A stretch of DNA of 64,000 nucleotides, from contig CBDBLZ010000021.1 in NCBI GenBank assembly GCA_965207385.1, forward strand, positions 641,205 to 705,204. The letters are read 5' to 3'. The notes beneath the pieces were generated by a model. That model ran no database searches, was not told where the DNA came from, and worked only from the letters and a program-made list of their open reading frames with translations. A program made the position numbers and the translations under genes. Within the stretch, counting starts at the first letter, position 1, and every line of letters starts with the position of its first letter. Below are positions 41,157 to 51,942 of the stretch, piece after piece. Origin of the DNA: Rhodothermales bacterium (GTDB lineage Bacteria > Bacteroidota > Rhodothermia > Rhodothermales > Bin80).

Positions 41157-41783
41157 ATGCAGCGCTGGTTGAAATTTGCTGATCGCGTGGACCGCCTCAA
41201 CGGGCGCATCGGTCGGTTTGTCTCGTGGCTGGCGTTGCTGATGGTGCTGGTTGGGGCCTACAATGCCGTGGTTCGTTACCTGGCCGGGTTCTCAAGCATC
41301 GACGGCGATTCGGCCACGGGATTCGGCCGCATTCTCAAAGCTGTTGGCGAGCTGGCCCTTCCGCTGAATTCCAACATGTTTATTGAACTCCAATGGTATC
41401 TGTTCAGCATCATTTTTCTGCTGGGTGCCGCATACGGTCTCCGGTGCGGGGCGCACGTGCGTGTCGATGTCCTATACCAGCGCTTGTCGCCCCGCAACCG
41501 TGCGCGGATCGACGTAGTGGGGGCTGCCTTCTTCCTGCTTCCTTTCTGCGTCCTTATGGCTTTTGCCTCCTGGCCGTTTGTGGTGGAGTCCTGGGCTGTG
41601 CTTGAAGTCTCTCCTGATCCAGGCGGGCTGCCCCGCTATCCGCTGCTGACCGTCATTCCGGTGGCGTTCCTTCTGTTGGCGTTGCAGGGACTGGCACAGC
41701 TGGTCCGGAGCGTCTCCGCGCTGCGCTCGACGGTTTCCGGTAGCACCTCCACTCAGCCGTTCGAGCAACGTCATGGGATATGA
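41157..41783 (+). CDS. TRAP transporter small permease subunit (DctQ-like)
   Basis: Four predicted TM segments, with position and overlap with the large permease typical of dctQ-dctM. Confidence 0.75.
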   Translation: MQRWLKFADRVDRLNGRIGRFVSWLALLMVLVGAYNAVVRYLAGFSSIDGDSATGFGRILKAVGELALPLNSNMFIELQWYLFSIIFLLGAAYGLRCGAHVRVDVLYQRLSPRNRARIDVVGAAFFLLPFCVLMAFASWPFVVESWAVLEVSPDPGGLPRYPLLTVIPVAFLLLALQGLAQLVRSVSALRSTVSGSTSTQPFEQRHGI

Positions 41784-43119
41784 GTGGCTTGCGCCGCTGA
41801 TGTTTGCGGCGGCACTCTTGTTCATTTTTTCCGGTTACCCGGTAGCGTTTGCCCTGGGCGGAGTATCGCTGGTGTTTGCCGTGATCGGCGTTCTGGTCGG
41901 CTACTTCGACTGGCACCTGATGCTCGCTCTTCCGGACCGTTTGTTCGGCATCATGTCGAATTATGTTCTTCTGGCGGTGCCGTTCTTCATTTTCATGGGC
42001 ACGATGCTGGAAAAGAGCCGGTTGGCCGAGGACCTGCTGAAGACGATCGGGCTGTTGTTCGGTCCCGTTCGCGGAGGATTGGCTCTCGCCGTGGTATTCG
42101 TGGGTGCGCTTCTGGCCGCGGCAACGGGCGTAGTGGGTGCCTCGGTCGTTGCCATGGGCATGATCTCACTGCCCATAATGATCCGGTATGGCTACTCCAA
42201 AGAACTTGCCACGGGCGTAATCACCGCCAGCGGAACCCTGGGGCAGATCATTCCGCCGAGCGTCGTCCTGGTGGTACTGGCCGACCAGCTCGGCATCTCG
42301 GTGGGGGACCTCTTTATCGGAGCCCTGGTGCCGGGTGTTATCCTTGCAGGACTCTATGCCGTTTTTGCCGGTGCTGTGGCCCTCGTGCGGCCTGGCGCAG
42401 CGCCGGCCCTTCCCAGGGATGATCGGCAAGTCCCTGCGGCTGAGCTCGTCCGCCGCATCTTGCTGGTCATGTTCCCGCCACTGCTACTGATCGTGATAGT
42501 GCTTGGCAGCATCTTTGCGGGAATTGCCACGCCAACGGAGTCCGGGGCACTTGGTGCGGTTGGAGCCATTCTGCTAGCCGCACTCAACAGGCGATTGAGC
42601 CGCAAGGCCCTTCGGGAAACCATGGAGGAAACGGCCAAGCTGACCACCATGGTGTTATTGCTGCTGGTGGGTTCAACGGCCTTTGCTCTGGTATTTCGGG
42701 GGCTCGACGGAGGATTCTGGATCGAGGACCTGTTGACGAGTTTGCCGGGCGGCGTCATAGGATTCCTGATAATCGCGAATCTGGCCATCTTCGTGCTCGG
42801 ATTCTTCATTGACTTTTTTGAGATTGCTTTCATAGTGATTCCGCTGCTTGTAACGCCGGCGGCGACGCTTCTTGCTCCAATGCTCGGTGTACCGGCGGCG
42901 GTCGCACTTGTCTGGTTTGGCGTAATGGTAGGCATGAACCTCCAGACCTCCTTTCTGACGCCGCCCTTCGGATTTGCGCTTTTCTATCTCAGGGGCATCG
43001 CTCCGCCCGGAATAAGGACTACGGAAATCTACCGGGGCGCCGTGCCGTTTATTGGCATTCAGCTCCTGGGCCTGATACTGATCATAGTGTTCCCGGAGCT
43101 GGTGCTCTGGGCTCTATGA
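41773..43119 (+). CDS. TRAP transporter large permease subunit (DctM-like)
   Basis: A polytopic 448-aa protein. ..FIFMGTMLEKSRLAEDLL..GASVVAMGMISLP.. are typical DctM features. Confidence 0.9.
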   Translation: MGYEWLAPLMFAAALLFIFSGYPVAFALGGVSLVFAVIGVLVGYFDWHLMLALPDRLFGIMSNYVLLAVPFFIFMGTMLEKSRLAEDLLKTIGLLFGPVRGGLALAVVFVGALLAAATGVVGASVVAMGMISLPIMIRYGYSKELATGVITASGTLGQIIPPSVVLVVLADQLGISVGDLFIGALVPGVILAGLYAVFAGAVALVRPGAAPALPRDDRQVPAAELVRRILLVMFPPLLLIVIVLGSIFAGIATPTESGALGAVGAILLAALNRRLSRKALRETMEETAKLTTMVLLLLVGSTAFALVFRGLDGGFWIEDLLTSLPGGVIGFLIIANLAIFVLGFFIDFFEIAFIVIPLLVTPAATLLAPMLGVPAAVALVWFGVMVGMNLQTSFLTPPFGFALFYLRGIAPPGIRTTEIYRGAVPFIGIQLLGLILIIVFPELVLWAL

Positions 43120-44247
43120 GGCCTGGGCCGCCGGAGTCCTGGAGGTTTCCCTTCCGAATGCCATTGCCGCATACGACCACTCGGCGGTAGCAGACCAGCG
43201 GTTGGACAGGTCGCGCCAGGCCAGGTAGTCCCCAAGGATCGCAGCATACATCGGATCTACGGCGGGCTCCCGGACAAGCTGCTCGGAGATTTCGGCCGCG
43301 GCGGCCATGATGTCTTCAGGAAACACGCGGAAACGGGTTCCGCTCGCAAGTAGCCTGTCATATGCCGGAGGATTCAGGGCATCGTAGCGCGCCAGCATGT
43401 CAAGGCTTGCTTCCTTGGCCGCCACGTCCAGCGCTTGCTGGTAGTGGACAGGAAGCTCGCGCCAGGCCGCTTCGTTGATATAGAACGACAGGTTGGCGCC
43501 CGGCTCCCACCAGCCCGGATAGTAGTAGTTGGAAGCGACCTCGGCGAAGCCAAGCTTTTCGTCATCGTAGGGGCCGACCCATTCGGCCGCGTCGATCGTG
43601 CCGCGGTCCAGTGCCGGATAAATCTCACCGCCGGGAATCTGCTGTACAGTGACGTCCAGCGCTTCCATTACGCGTCCTCCCAGCCCCGGAATTCGCATGC
43701 GAAGGCCCTTCAGGTCCGCCATGGATCGAAGCTCCCGCTTGAACCACCCACCCATCTGTACACCTGTGTTGCCGCCTGGAAAGTTCAGCACCCCGAAATC
43801 AGCCAGAACTCGGCGCGTCAGATCAAGGCCATTGCCATGGTACATCCACGCATTGAATTGCCGCGCCGAAAGGCCAAAAGGCACCGTGCAGTCAAATACC
43901 AGGGCCGGATTCTTGCCCAGGTAATAGTAGCTCGCCGTGTGCCCTAGCTGGATCGTGGCCTTCTGGACCGAGTCCAGCACGGAGAATGCCGGGACGAGCT
44001 CGCCGCCCGGGAAGATCTGGATCTCGAATCTACCCTCGGTAAGCGAGCTGACACGGCTGGCCAGAACTTCCGCGCCCCTGAAAATCGTGTCCAGTGACCG
44101 TGAAAAGCTCGATGCCAGCCGCCACCGCAACCTGGGCCCGCCCGTTTGGACGGCTGGAGCCTCGGTTGCAGCGCCGCCACAGGATGCGAGCACCAGGCCG
44201 GCGGATGCTCCCGCAGCGGCTTTTCGGACAAAATTTCGGCGCTTCAT
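43114..44247 (-). CDS. TRAP transporter substrate-binding protein (DctP family, Tat/lipoprotein-like signal)
   Basis: MKRRNFVRKAAAGASAGLVLASCGG. LRWRLASSF..GGNTGVQMGGWF..YYYPGWWEPG. Confidence 0.8.
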   Translation of the reverse strand: MKRRNFVRKAAAGASAGLVLASCGGAATEAPAVQTGGPRLRWRLASSFSRSLDTIFRGAEVLASRVSSLTEGRFEIQIFPGGELVPAFSVLDSVQKATIQLGHTASYYYLGKNPALVFDCTVPFGLSARQFNAWMYHGNGLDLTRRVLADFGVLNFPGGNTGVQMGGWFKRELRSMADLKGLRMRIPGLGGRVMEALDVTVQQIPGGEIYPALDRGTIDAAEWVGPYDDEKLGFAEVASNYYYPGWWEPGANLSFYINEAAWRELPVHYQQALDVAAKEASLDMLARYDALNPPAYDRLLASGTRFRVFPEDIMAAAAEISEQLVREPAVDPMYAAILGDYLAWRDLSNRWSATAEWSYAAMAFGRETSRTPAAQAS

Positions 44248-44288
44248 GGATCGCCTTGGTAGCGTCTAGGGTGTGCCATCGCCGCGGC

Positions 44289-45008
44289 CTAGCCTTTCGG
44301 GCGCAGTGGCCGCATGACGACTTCGGAAATCAGGTAGTTCGGGGATGCCTCCAGGACGTGCACCACGGTGGAGGCGATGTCGTCGGGGTGCATAGGATTG
44401 GGCGCCCCTTTTGAGCCGGCTCTTCTGCCAAATTCCGTGGCAACGGACCCGGGACATACGCACGTCACCTTGATGCCATGGGCGCGAACTTCTTTCATCA
44501 AGGCCTCGCTGAAGCCGCGCAGCCCGAACTTGGTGGCGTTGTACGCGCTCAGGTTCGGATTGCCGACGAGACCGGCAATGGATGCAATGTTGACGATATG
44601 ACCGCCGAAGCCATGCCGGACATTCTGGGCTTTCATGAGAGGAACGGCTAGGCGGGTACAAAGGAAGACGCCGGTAAGGTTGGTTTCGACCTGCGCTGCC
44701 CAGTCGCCTGGCTGTAATTCGTCGACTGCTCCGAATCTCCCGACGCCTGCGTTGTTGAGCAGGACATCGAGCCGGCCCTCATCCGCGCTCACGGCATCGA
44801 ACGCGGCACGGACTTCGCCTTCAACCGTCACGTCGCATTGCAGCGGAACAAATGCTGCACCAAGCTGCGCCCTTGCACGATCGAGCGCGGGCATACTTCG
44901 CGCCAGGCCGAATATCCGGGCACCCCGAGCGGCTATCCGGTGCGCGAAAGCCAGGCCAAGGCCTTCGGTTGCTCCGGTGATGACAACTATCTTTCCTTTC
45001 AGATCCAT
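44289..45008 (-). CDS. SDR family oxidoreductase
   Basis: From MDLKGKIVVITGATEGLG. Also NNAG and the catalytic motif YNATKFGLRGF. Confidence 0.9.
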   Translation of the reverse strand: MDLKGKIVVITGATEGLGLAFAHRIAARGARIFGLARSMPALDRARAQLGAAFVPLQCDVTVEGEVRAAFDAVSADEGRLDVLLNNAGVGRFGAVDELQPGDWAAQVETNLTGVFLCTRLAVPLMKAQNVRHGFGGHIVNIASIAGLVGNPNLSAYNATKFGLRGFSEALMKEVRAHGIKVTCVCPGSVATEFGRRAGSKGAPNPMHPDDIASTVVHVLEASPNYLISEVVMRPLRPKG

Positions 45009-45244
45009 TGCTGTTCCATGACGAATAGGCATTATACTGGATTGCGGGTTCGCTGTTTTGGACGTGATCGAAAGTGGTTCTCAACAGTGGCTCGGCCGCG
45101 CATGGCAGGCCGAGTGGCTGGCACATCACGGCCTGGCGTGGGATCTTCTTCCTCCCCGGGGCGCGAACGGGCTGTGGGGGACGCTGCCTGGCCAGGTAGC
45201 TGCTACCCACATTCCGGCGGGCCACGCTGAGCTTCTGTAAGGAC

Positions 45245-46441
45245 ATGCATCCAGAGAACCCCTACCTGCCTAAGCACATCGCCTGGACGAGCGATACGCC
45301 GCTCGGCTTGGTCGTTGAGCGGGCGGATGGTCCTTTCATAGAGCTGGTGGACGGCCGGCGGCTCATCGACTTTGTCAGCGGCATCGCAGTCTCATCACTC
45401 GGACATCGTCATCCTCGCGTACTCGAAGCGGTGCGCACTCAGCTTGACCGGCACCTGCATGTAATGGTGTATGGAGAGTTCGTGCAGAGGCCGCAAGTGG
45501 AATACGCACAGCTGCTTTGCGCGCAGCTTCCGCGTACGCTGCAGTCCGTGTACTTTACAATGACGGGGACGGAGGCCAACGAGGGGGCTCTCAAGGTCGC
45601 AAAGAAGTTCACGGGCCGCACCAAGCTCATCGCTTTCAGCAATTCCTTTCACGGTGACACGCACGGGAGTCTGAGTGTCTCGGGGAGAACCGTTTACCGA
45701 AAACCCTTCTTGCCGCTACTGCCCAACGTAGAATTCCTGCCATTCGATGACGAGGACGCGCTGCGTTTGATCGACGACGAGGCGGCCTGTGTTATCGCCG
45801 AGCCCGTCCAGGGAGAAGGGGGCATGCGGGTACCCGCGGAGTCATGGTTGCTAAAGCTCCGGAAACGGTGTACGGAGGCCGGCGTCCTGCTCATCTTTGA
45901 CGAGATCCAGACAGGATTCGCTCGCACTGGAATGCTCTTCGCCTTCGAGCACACCGGCGTCGTACCGGATATTCTTACCCTTGCCAAGGCAATGGCGGGA
46001 GGTATGCCGCTCGGTGCCTTCGTAGCCAGCTCCGAAATTATGGATACCTTGCGTCGCGATCCCCCGCTGAGCCACGTCACGACCTTTGGCGGACATCCCG
46101 TCTCGTGTGCAGCTGCGCTTGCGACGCTGCGCGTGATACTGGAGGATGGCCTGGCCGCAAGAGCGCGGACCATCGAAGATCGCGTGCGTCAGAGGCTTCG
46201 TCACCCGCTCATTCGTGACCTGCGCGGAAGGGGAGCCATGCTTGGCATGGAACTGCCGGATGCCGCCTTGACCATGAAAGTGGTTCGTCGCTGCCTGGAC
46301 GCCGGCTTGCTGCTGGGGTGGACGCTGCATGCCGGGTCCCTTGTTCGCCTGGCTCCTCCGCTCAATATACCGGAAGACGTGCTGGACGAGGCGCTGGAGA
46401 TTCTGATGGAGTCTCTGGAGGAGAAAGAGCTCCTGCTATGA
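45245..46441 (+). CDS. class-III (acetylornithine/GABA-type) aminotransferase
   Basis: GIAVSSLGHRHPRV..FHGDTHGSLS..IFDEIQTGFARTG..LAKAMAGGMPLGAF. Confidence 0.85.
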   Translation: MHPENPYLPKHIAWTSDTPLGLVVERADGPFIELVDGRRLIDFVSGIAVSSLGHRHPRVLEAVRTQLDRHLHVMVYGEFVQRPQVEYAQLLCAQLPRTLQSVYFTMTGTEANEGALKVAKKFTGRTKLIAFSNSFHGDTHGSLSVSGRTVYRKPFLPLLPNVEFLPFDDEDALRLIDDEAACVIAEPVQGEGGMRVPAESWLLKLRKRCTEAGVLLIFDEIQTGFARTGMLFAFEHTGVVPDILTLAKAMAGGMPLGAFVASSEIMDTLRRDPPLSHVTTFGGHPVSCAAALATLRVILEDGLAARARTIEDRVRQRLRHPLIRDLRGRGAMLGMELPDAALTMKVVRRCLDAGLLLGWTLHAGSLVRLAPPLNIPEDVLDEALEILMESLEEKELLL

Positions 46442-46449
46442 AACCGGAG

Positions 46450-47955
46450 TCAATCCGTGGCAGGTCCGACGGGAGACTGTCCAATGCCTGACCTCGGTGG
46501 CGGCTTGAGGGCGCCTCTTACGTGGGACGCGTATGCCTCCAATGCGCGTTTTCGTGCGTAGGAATGCTCAACCACGGGATAGGGATACTCGCGGCCAAGA
46601 ACCACTCCTGCACGCTGCAGCGCGGACGCTGGCGCGATCCACGGTGCGTGAATGTGGGCATCGGGCAGTCCTGCAATCTCCGGGACCCACTTCCGCAGGT
46701 ACGCGCCCTGGGGATCGTAGCGCCGGGACTGCAGGACAGGATTAAAGACGCGAAAATAGGGCACGGCGTCGACTCCGGTACCTGCAGACCATTGCCATCC
46801 CGCGCAATTGTTTGCCGTGTCCGCATCCACGAGATGGCTACTGAACCAGGCTGCGCCAATCCTCCAGTCTGTGAGCAGGTGCTTGGTCAGAAACGACGCA
46901 ACCACCATGCGCGCACGGTTGTGCATCCAGCCGGTGGCCAGCAGCTCGCGCATGCCCGCGTCCACAAGAGGGTAACCGGTGGTGCCGTACCTCCAGCAAT
47001 CCAGCTCGGCGGCATTTGCGCGCCAGGGCATCCGGTCAAATGATGTGCGCAGGTTGTCGGTGCCCAGCTGCGGGTTGTAGTGCAACAGGTGCCTGCAGAA
47101 TTCGCGCCACATCAGTTGCCGAAAAAACGCGGTCTCGCCGCCTTCGGACTCAAGATTCGCCAGCGCGCTGGATACTTGCCTTGGGCCTATTTCACCAAAG
47201 TGCAGGTGAGGCGAAAGGCGGCTGGTTCCTCCAAGGCCCGGATAGTTCCGATCCTGTGCGTAACCTGCGATCGCCTGCTGGACAAACGCAGTGAAGCGAT
47301 CGTATGCGGCTGGCTCTCCCGGGTGCCATGCCGCGGCATAGTCCCGCGCCCCTGATCGCAGCTGCCAGGAGTGCAGCGATTCGCTCGCGGGCCAGGTTTC
47401 TGGCGGTGTCAATTCCCCTGGCGTGCTCAGAGGCGCATCAATCTTGCGCTCCCGGCACTGGCGCCAGAACGCCGCAAACACCTGATATGGCTTGCCCGAA
47501 GGCGTCGACACATCCCACGGTTCCACCAGCGCGCTGGCATTGAATGGCATCGCTTCGCAGCGCAGTTCCCGGCAGAGGGCCTTGACGTTTGCATCCGCCT
47601 CCAGCAGCTGCGGTTCGTAGCGGCGGTTCCAGGAAACGGCAGCGGCCTGCGTTTCCTCTATGAGAGCGGGGAGGATACTCCTGACCCGTCCCCGTCTAAA
47701 GGTCAGCCTGCTTCCCATTCGCGCCAGGTCCGCAGCCAGCGACTCCAGACTGCCGTGAAGCCACCAGCGCGAAGCGGACTGTTCCGGCGGATCATCTGTG
47801 GTCTCGTCCAGAATGTAGATCGGCAATACAGGGCCTCTACTTCGGGCGGCCCAGTCGAGCGCAGGATTGTCGGCCAGACGCAGATCGCGTCGGAACCAAA
47901 CCAGGACGGGGCTTCCAGGCTCAGTTCGCCCGGACCGCACGTCTAGCGCCGGCAT
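46450..47955 (-). CDS. phrB: deoxyribodipyrimidine photolyase
   Basis: VLVWFRRDLRLADNPAL..LSPHLHFGEI..WREF..TGYPLVDAGMRELLATGWMHNRARMVVASFL. Confidence 0.9.
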   Translation of the reverse strand: MPALDVRSGRTEPGSPVLVWFRRDLRLADNPALDWAARSRGPVLPIYILDETTDDPPEQSASRWWLHGSLESLAADLARMGSRLTFRRGRVRSILPALIEETQAAAVSWNRRYEPQLLEADANVKALCRELRCEAMPFNASALVEPWDVSTPSGKPYQVFAAFWRQCRERKIDAPLSTPGELTPPETWPASESLHSWQLRSGARDYAAAWHPGEPAAYDRFTAFVQQAIAGYAQDRNYPGLGGTSRLSPHLHFGEIGPRQVSSALANLESEGGETAFFRQLMWREFCRHLLHYNPQLGTDNLRTSFDRMPWRANAAELDCWRYGTTGYPLVDAGMRELLATGWMHNRARMVVASFLTKHLLTDWRIGAAWFSSHLVDADTANNCAGWQWSAGTGVDAVPYFRVFNPVLQSRRYDPQGAYLRKWVPEIAGLPDAHIHAPWIAPASALQRAGVVLGREYPYPVVEHSYARKRALEAYASHVRGALKPPPRSGIGQSPVGPATD

Positions 47956-48095
47956 TTTATGTTCCAGTCTGCGTGGCGTCTCGTACTGCTATTCCTGCGC
48001 AGCGGCCGGGGCCGTAGTGCGAGCGGTGGCCTCAGCGATGGACGGTCAAATGAGCGCTGCCTGGGCTTTAGGCGACGGCAACGCTGCGGTTCGCG

Positions 48096-48180
48096 CGGAG
48101 GGGGAGGGATTCGAACCCCCGGTACCTTTCGGCACGCTGGTTTTCAAGACCAGTGCATTCGACCGCTCTGCCACCCCTCC
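48096..48180 (-). tRNA. tRNA-Ser (anticodon TGA)
   Basis: Hand-folded from the reverse complement. Acceptor stem GGAGGGG/CCCCTCC, D-arm GCAGAGCGG, anticodon loop CTTGAAA on stem CTGGT/ACCAG. A long variable arm is present, and the T-loop is GGTTCGAATCC. Confidence 0.9.
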
Positions 48181-48207
48181 GACAGTGGCGTGCGATTCCT
48201 GCGTCGG

Positions 48208-48295
48208 CGGAGAGGGTGGGATTCGAACCCACGATGAGCTTTTGACCCATACTCCCTTAGCAGGGGAGCGCCTTCAGCCGCTCGGCCACCTCTCC
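48208..48295 (-). tRNA. tRNA-Ser (anticodon GCT)
   Basis: Hand-folded. Acceptor stem GGAGAGG/CCTCTCC, anticodon loop CTGCTAA on stem CTCCC/GGGAG. A long variable arm is present, and the T-arm is GTGGGTTCGAATCCCAC. Confidence 0.9.
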
Positions 48296-48346
48296 GAAGT
48301 TCGGACGTGTCCCGCAAACCAATCGAGCCGAAGTACCCGAAGAAGC

Positions 48347-49261
48347 CTAGCCCTGTTCCAGGGCGTTGGCTCCACTGATGATTTCCAGTATTTCGGTGGT
48401 GATGGCACTTTGGCGCGCACGATTGTATTGCAGGGTCAGAGTGCGCAGCAATTCGCTGGCATTGGAGGTGGCATTGTCCATGGCCACCATCCGCGCACCC
48501 TGCTCCGCAGCGTTGGATTCCAGGAGTGCCCGCCAAATAGCATAGTTCAAGTATCGCGGCACGAGGACATCCAGAATGGTTTGCGAATCGGGCTCAAACA
48601 GGTAATCCGCTACATAGCGATCCTTCAGCTCAGGTTGTTCAACGCCTTCGCTTTCCATGACCGGTGTCAGAAAGTGCTCGGGCGGAATGGGAAGCAGCGG
48701 CTCGACGATGCGATTCTGCGCTATCGTATTCCTGAACTCATTGTACACAAGACAAACCTCGTCCCATCTTCCTGATCCGAAGCCCCCGACAGCAGCTTCC
48801 CCTACGCTTTGTGCGGTATCGAACGTCAGATCCCGAAAGATGCCGCGGTAATCGCCAACGAGCGCATAACCACGCTTCTGGAAATGCTCGTGACCCTTGC
48901 GGCCGGCTGCCAATACTAGGGGGCGCTTGGCCTTATGCTGGTCGAGGTACTGTTCCGCAGTCTTGATAATGTTGCTGTTGAAAGCTCCCGCCAGGCCCCG
49001 GTCACCCGTTATCACGATCAGCAGCACAGCATCTACTTGCGGTCGCTCCACAAACAGCGGATGCGCAGCCGGGGTCACCTTTCCCTGTGACTTTAGGTGA
49101 CCAATTATTTCACCAATCTTGAAAGCGTAGGGTCGGGTCTTGAAAATGTTCTCCTGCGCGCGGCGCAGCTTGGCGGCCGCCACCATCTTCATGGCACGCG
49201 TTACCTGTCGGGTATTCTCTACCGAGCTGATGCGAATGCGGATGTCGCGCAGCGTTGCCAT
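48347..49261 (-). CDS. atpG: F0F1 ATP synthase subunit gamma
   Basis: MATLRDIRIRISSVENTRQVTRAMKMVAAAKLRRAQ..ITTEILEIISGANAL. Confidence 0.95.
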   Translation of the reverse strand: MATLRDIRIRISSVENTRQVTRAMKMVAAAKLRRAQENIFKTRPYAFKIGEIIGHLKSQGKVTPAAHPLFVERPQVDAVLLIVITGDRGLAGAFNSNIIKTAEQYLDQHKAKRPLVLAAGRKGHEHFQKRGYALVGDYRGIFRDLTFDTAQSVGEAAVGGFGSGRWDEVCLVYNEFRNTIAQNRIVEPLLPIPPEHFLTPVMESEGVEQPELKDRYVADYLFEPDSQTILDVLVPRYLNYAIWRALLESNAAEQGARMVAMDNATSNASELLRTLTLQYNRARQSAITTEILEIISGANALEQG

Positions 49262-49263
49262 GC

Positions 49264-50856
49264 CTAGCGCGCGGCGTACAGTTCGGCCAACCGTTCCGCT
49301 TCTTCCCGGAATGCAGCCTTGACTTCCTCGCTCAGCATGCCGGTATCCCGAATGCTCGCCAGGGCTTCCGGCTTGCGACTTCGGAGATTCTCCAGAAACT
49401 CGCGCTCGAACCTGCCCACGTCCGACACCTCAATGGTGTCCAGAAGGCCTTCGCTGCCCACCGATATGGCAGCGATTTGCTCTTCAACAGGCACCGGCGC
49501 GAATTGGCCCTGCTTGAGAATCTCAACCAGTCTCTGGCCGCGTCGGATCTGCCGCTGGGTTGCCGGATCGAGATCGGAGCCAAACTTTGCAAACGCCTCC
49601 AGGGCGCGGTATTGGGCCAGATCGAGTCGCAGCATGCCGGCGGCTTGCTTCATCGCCTTGATTTGTGCATTGCCCCCGACGCGGCTGACCGAAATCCCAA
49701 CATTGATGGCCGGTCGCACACCGGCATTGAACAGGTCCGGTTCGAGGTAGATTTGCCCATCCGTAATGGAGATGACATTGGTAGGGATATAGGCATCAAC
49801 AGCGCCGGCCTGCGTTTCAATCACCGGAAGTGCCGTCAGGGAGCCTCCTCCCTTTACCTTGCCCTGCAATGAAGGGGGCAAGTCGTTCATCTGACGGGCT
49901 ATATCCTCGTTCGATGAAATCTTGGCAGCTCGCTCCAGGAGCCGACTGTGCAGGTAAAAGACGTCTCCGGGATATGCCTCTCGGCCGGGAGGCCGGCGCA
50001 GCAAGAGAGACACCTGCCGATAGGCGACGGCCTGCTTGGAAAGGTCGTCGTAAAGCACAAGGGCGTGGCGCCCGGTGTCGCGGAAGTACTCGCCTATGCA
50101 TGCCCCGGCAAAGGGTGCTATAAACTGCAGCGGGGCGGCCGTTGAAGCAGGCGCATTGACGATCACGGTGTAATCCATTGCGCCATAATCCTCCAGGGCC
50201 TTGGCAACCTGAGCGACCGTTGAGGCCTTCTGGCCTATGGCCACGTAGATGCAGAAAACCGGCTCGTCCGTATCGTGCGTGCTTGCTTGGCTGATGATGG
50301 CGTCTATCAGGACTGCCGTCTTGCCGGTCTGGCGATCGCCGATGACGAGTTCGCGCTGACCCCGCCCGATGGGAATCATGGAGTCGATGGCCTTGATGCC
50401 GGTAAGAAGCGGCTGCGAGACGGGTTCCCGGTAAATGACTCCGGGGGCCTTGCGCTCAAGCGGCATTTCGCACGTTTCTCCCGTTAGCGGGCCCTTGCCA
50501 TCGAGGGGCTCGCCCAGAGGGTTTATCACCCGTCCGAGCATGGCTTCACTTACCTGGATGGACGCGATACGCCGCGTGCGCCGCGCCTCATCACCTTCCT
50601 TGACGGCCTGCACATTGCCAAATAGAACGGCACCGACATTGTCCTCTTCCAGGTTCAGGACCATCCCCGAGACATTCCGTTCGGGGAAATGGATCAATTC
50701 GCCGGCCTGCACATGGGACAGGCCGTAAAGCCGCGCAATACCGTCACCCACCTGCAGTACTGTGCCCACTTCGTAGACATCCGCTTCAGGATGGAATGCG
50801 CGCAATTCGCGTCTCAGGACCGAGGTAACTTCGTCGGGTTGGATAGCTGTTGACAT
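49264..50856 (-). CDS. atpA: F0F1 ATP synthase subunit alpha
   Basis: [60 protein letters not shown]. Confidence 0.97.
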   Translation of the reverse strand: MSTAIQPDEVTSVLRRELRAFHPEADVYEVGTVLQVGDGIARLYGLSHVQAGELIHFPERNVSGMVLNLEEDNVGAVLFGNVQAVKEGDEARRTRRIASIQVSEAMLGRVINPLGEPLDGKGPLTGETCEMPLERKAPGVIYREPVSQPLLTGIKAIDSMIPIGRGQRELVIGDRQTGKTAVLIDAIISQASTHDTDEPVFCIYVAIGQKASTVAQVAKALEDYGAMDYTVIVNAPASTAAPLQFIAPFAGACIGEYFRDTGRHALVLYDDLSKQAVAYRQVSLLLRRPPGREAYPGDVFYLHSRLLERAAKISSNEDIARQMNDLPPSLQGKVKGGGSLTALPVIETQAGAVDAYIPTNVISITDGQIYLEPDLFNAGVRPAINVGISVSRVGGNAQIKAMKQAAGMLRLDLAQYRALEAFAKFGSDLDPATQRQIRRGQRLVEILKQGQFAPVPVEEQIAAISVGSEGLLDTIEVSDVGRFEREFLENLRSRKPEALASIRDTGMLSEEVKAAFREEAERLAELYAAR

Positions 50857-50863
50857 GGTCGCT

Positions 50864-51415
50864 CTAGTCTTGCAGTCCGGTTACCTGCGCCTGCGACATG
50901 CGGTTGCGCAGTCGTACCAGCTGGTGGCTCACGCTGCCATCGAATACTGTGTCGCCAATTCGTACCACCACGCCGCCCATCAGAGTGCTATCCGTCTGGA
51001 CCTCCAGGCGGATTCCGTGCCCCGTATGCTGCTCAAGGGCGGCAGTCAGGTCAGCCTTCTGGCGCTCGGACAAATCGAGGCACGAACGCACTTGCGCGGT
51101 CATTACGTCGGACTCGGCATCGCACAAGCTGGCATAGGCATGCGTCATGTCCGGCAGCTGGCTCTCTCGTCTTCGCTCAATTACCAGCCGAAGAAACTGC
51201 ATGGAAAGCGGGTGGAGCCGCTCGGCAAAAACAGCCCGGACAGCCGCAAGCTTGGCTTTACGTTCCAGGACAGGACTCCGCAGGCATGCCGCCAGTGCCG
51301 GTGACTGCTCCAGTGTTGACCCGATCAGGCGCATGTCGGTGCCAATGCGGGCCTCACCTGCAGCTTCCTCGTAGAGGGCTCTGGCATATCTCTTTACAAC
51401 GCTTTGCTCGCGCAT
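50864..51415 (-). CDS. atpH: F0F1 ATP synthase subunit delta (OSCP)
   Basis: [29 protein letters not shown]. Position between atpF and atpA supports the call. Confidence 0.9.
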   Translation of the reverse strand: MREQSVVKRYARALYEEAAGEARIGTDMRLIGSTLEQSPALAACLRSPVLERKAKLAAVRAVFAERLHPLSMQFLRLVIERRRESQLPDMTHAYASLCDAESDVMTAQVRSCLDLSERQKADLTAALEQHTGHGIRLEVQTDSTLMGGVVVRIGDTVFDGSVSHQLVRLRNRMSQAQVTGLQD

Positions 51416-51430
51416 ACCGGATTCGCAGAA

Positions 51431-51940
51431 TCAATTGGAGCGAAGTTCGTCCAGAAAGGAATCCACGAGGCCGCGTTGCCGCGCCTTGTCGAGGTTGGTT
51501 CGAATGATACGCTCGGCCGCCTCTATGGCAAGGTTTGCCACTTCCTGTCGCAAGGCCTGAAGGGCCTGCTCTTTGCCGCGGCGGATATCATCCTGTGCTT
51601 GCGCGTGCAACTGACTTATTTCCTCCCGCGCGCGAAGCAGCTCATCGGCCTTCAGGCGTTCGACCTCCTCCCGCGTTGAGCGTAGCAGGCGCTGTGCCTC
51701 AAGCTCCGCTTCGCGGCGGATCCGCCTGTTATCCTCCTGTACCTTTCGACTCTCTTCCAGAGCCTTTTCCGCGCGGCTGATCGACTCGTCTATCTTCCTT
51801 TCGCGAGCCTCGAGAGCCTCTGTTATTGGTCCCCAGGCAAAGCGCCTAAGCAACCATAGCAGTATGAGAAAGACAACGGTCAGCCAGACTACGAGTCCCG
51901 GATTGGCGCTGAGCAGGCTTGCGGCGAAAAACACGGTCAC
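51431..51940 (-). CDS. atpF: F0F1 ATP synthase subunit b
   Basis: A single N-terminal TM followed by a long charged helix (REAELEAQRLL..). Operon position agrees. Confidence 0.9.
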   Translation of the reverse strand: MTVFFAASLLSANPGLVVWLTVVFLILLWLLRRFAWGPITEALEARERKIDESISRAEKALEESRKVQEDNRRIRREAELEAQRLLRSTREEVERLKADELLRAREEISQLHAQAQDDIRRGKEQALQALRQEVANLAIEAAERIIRTNLDKARQRGLVDSFLDELRSN

Positions 51941-51942
51941 GG

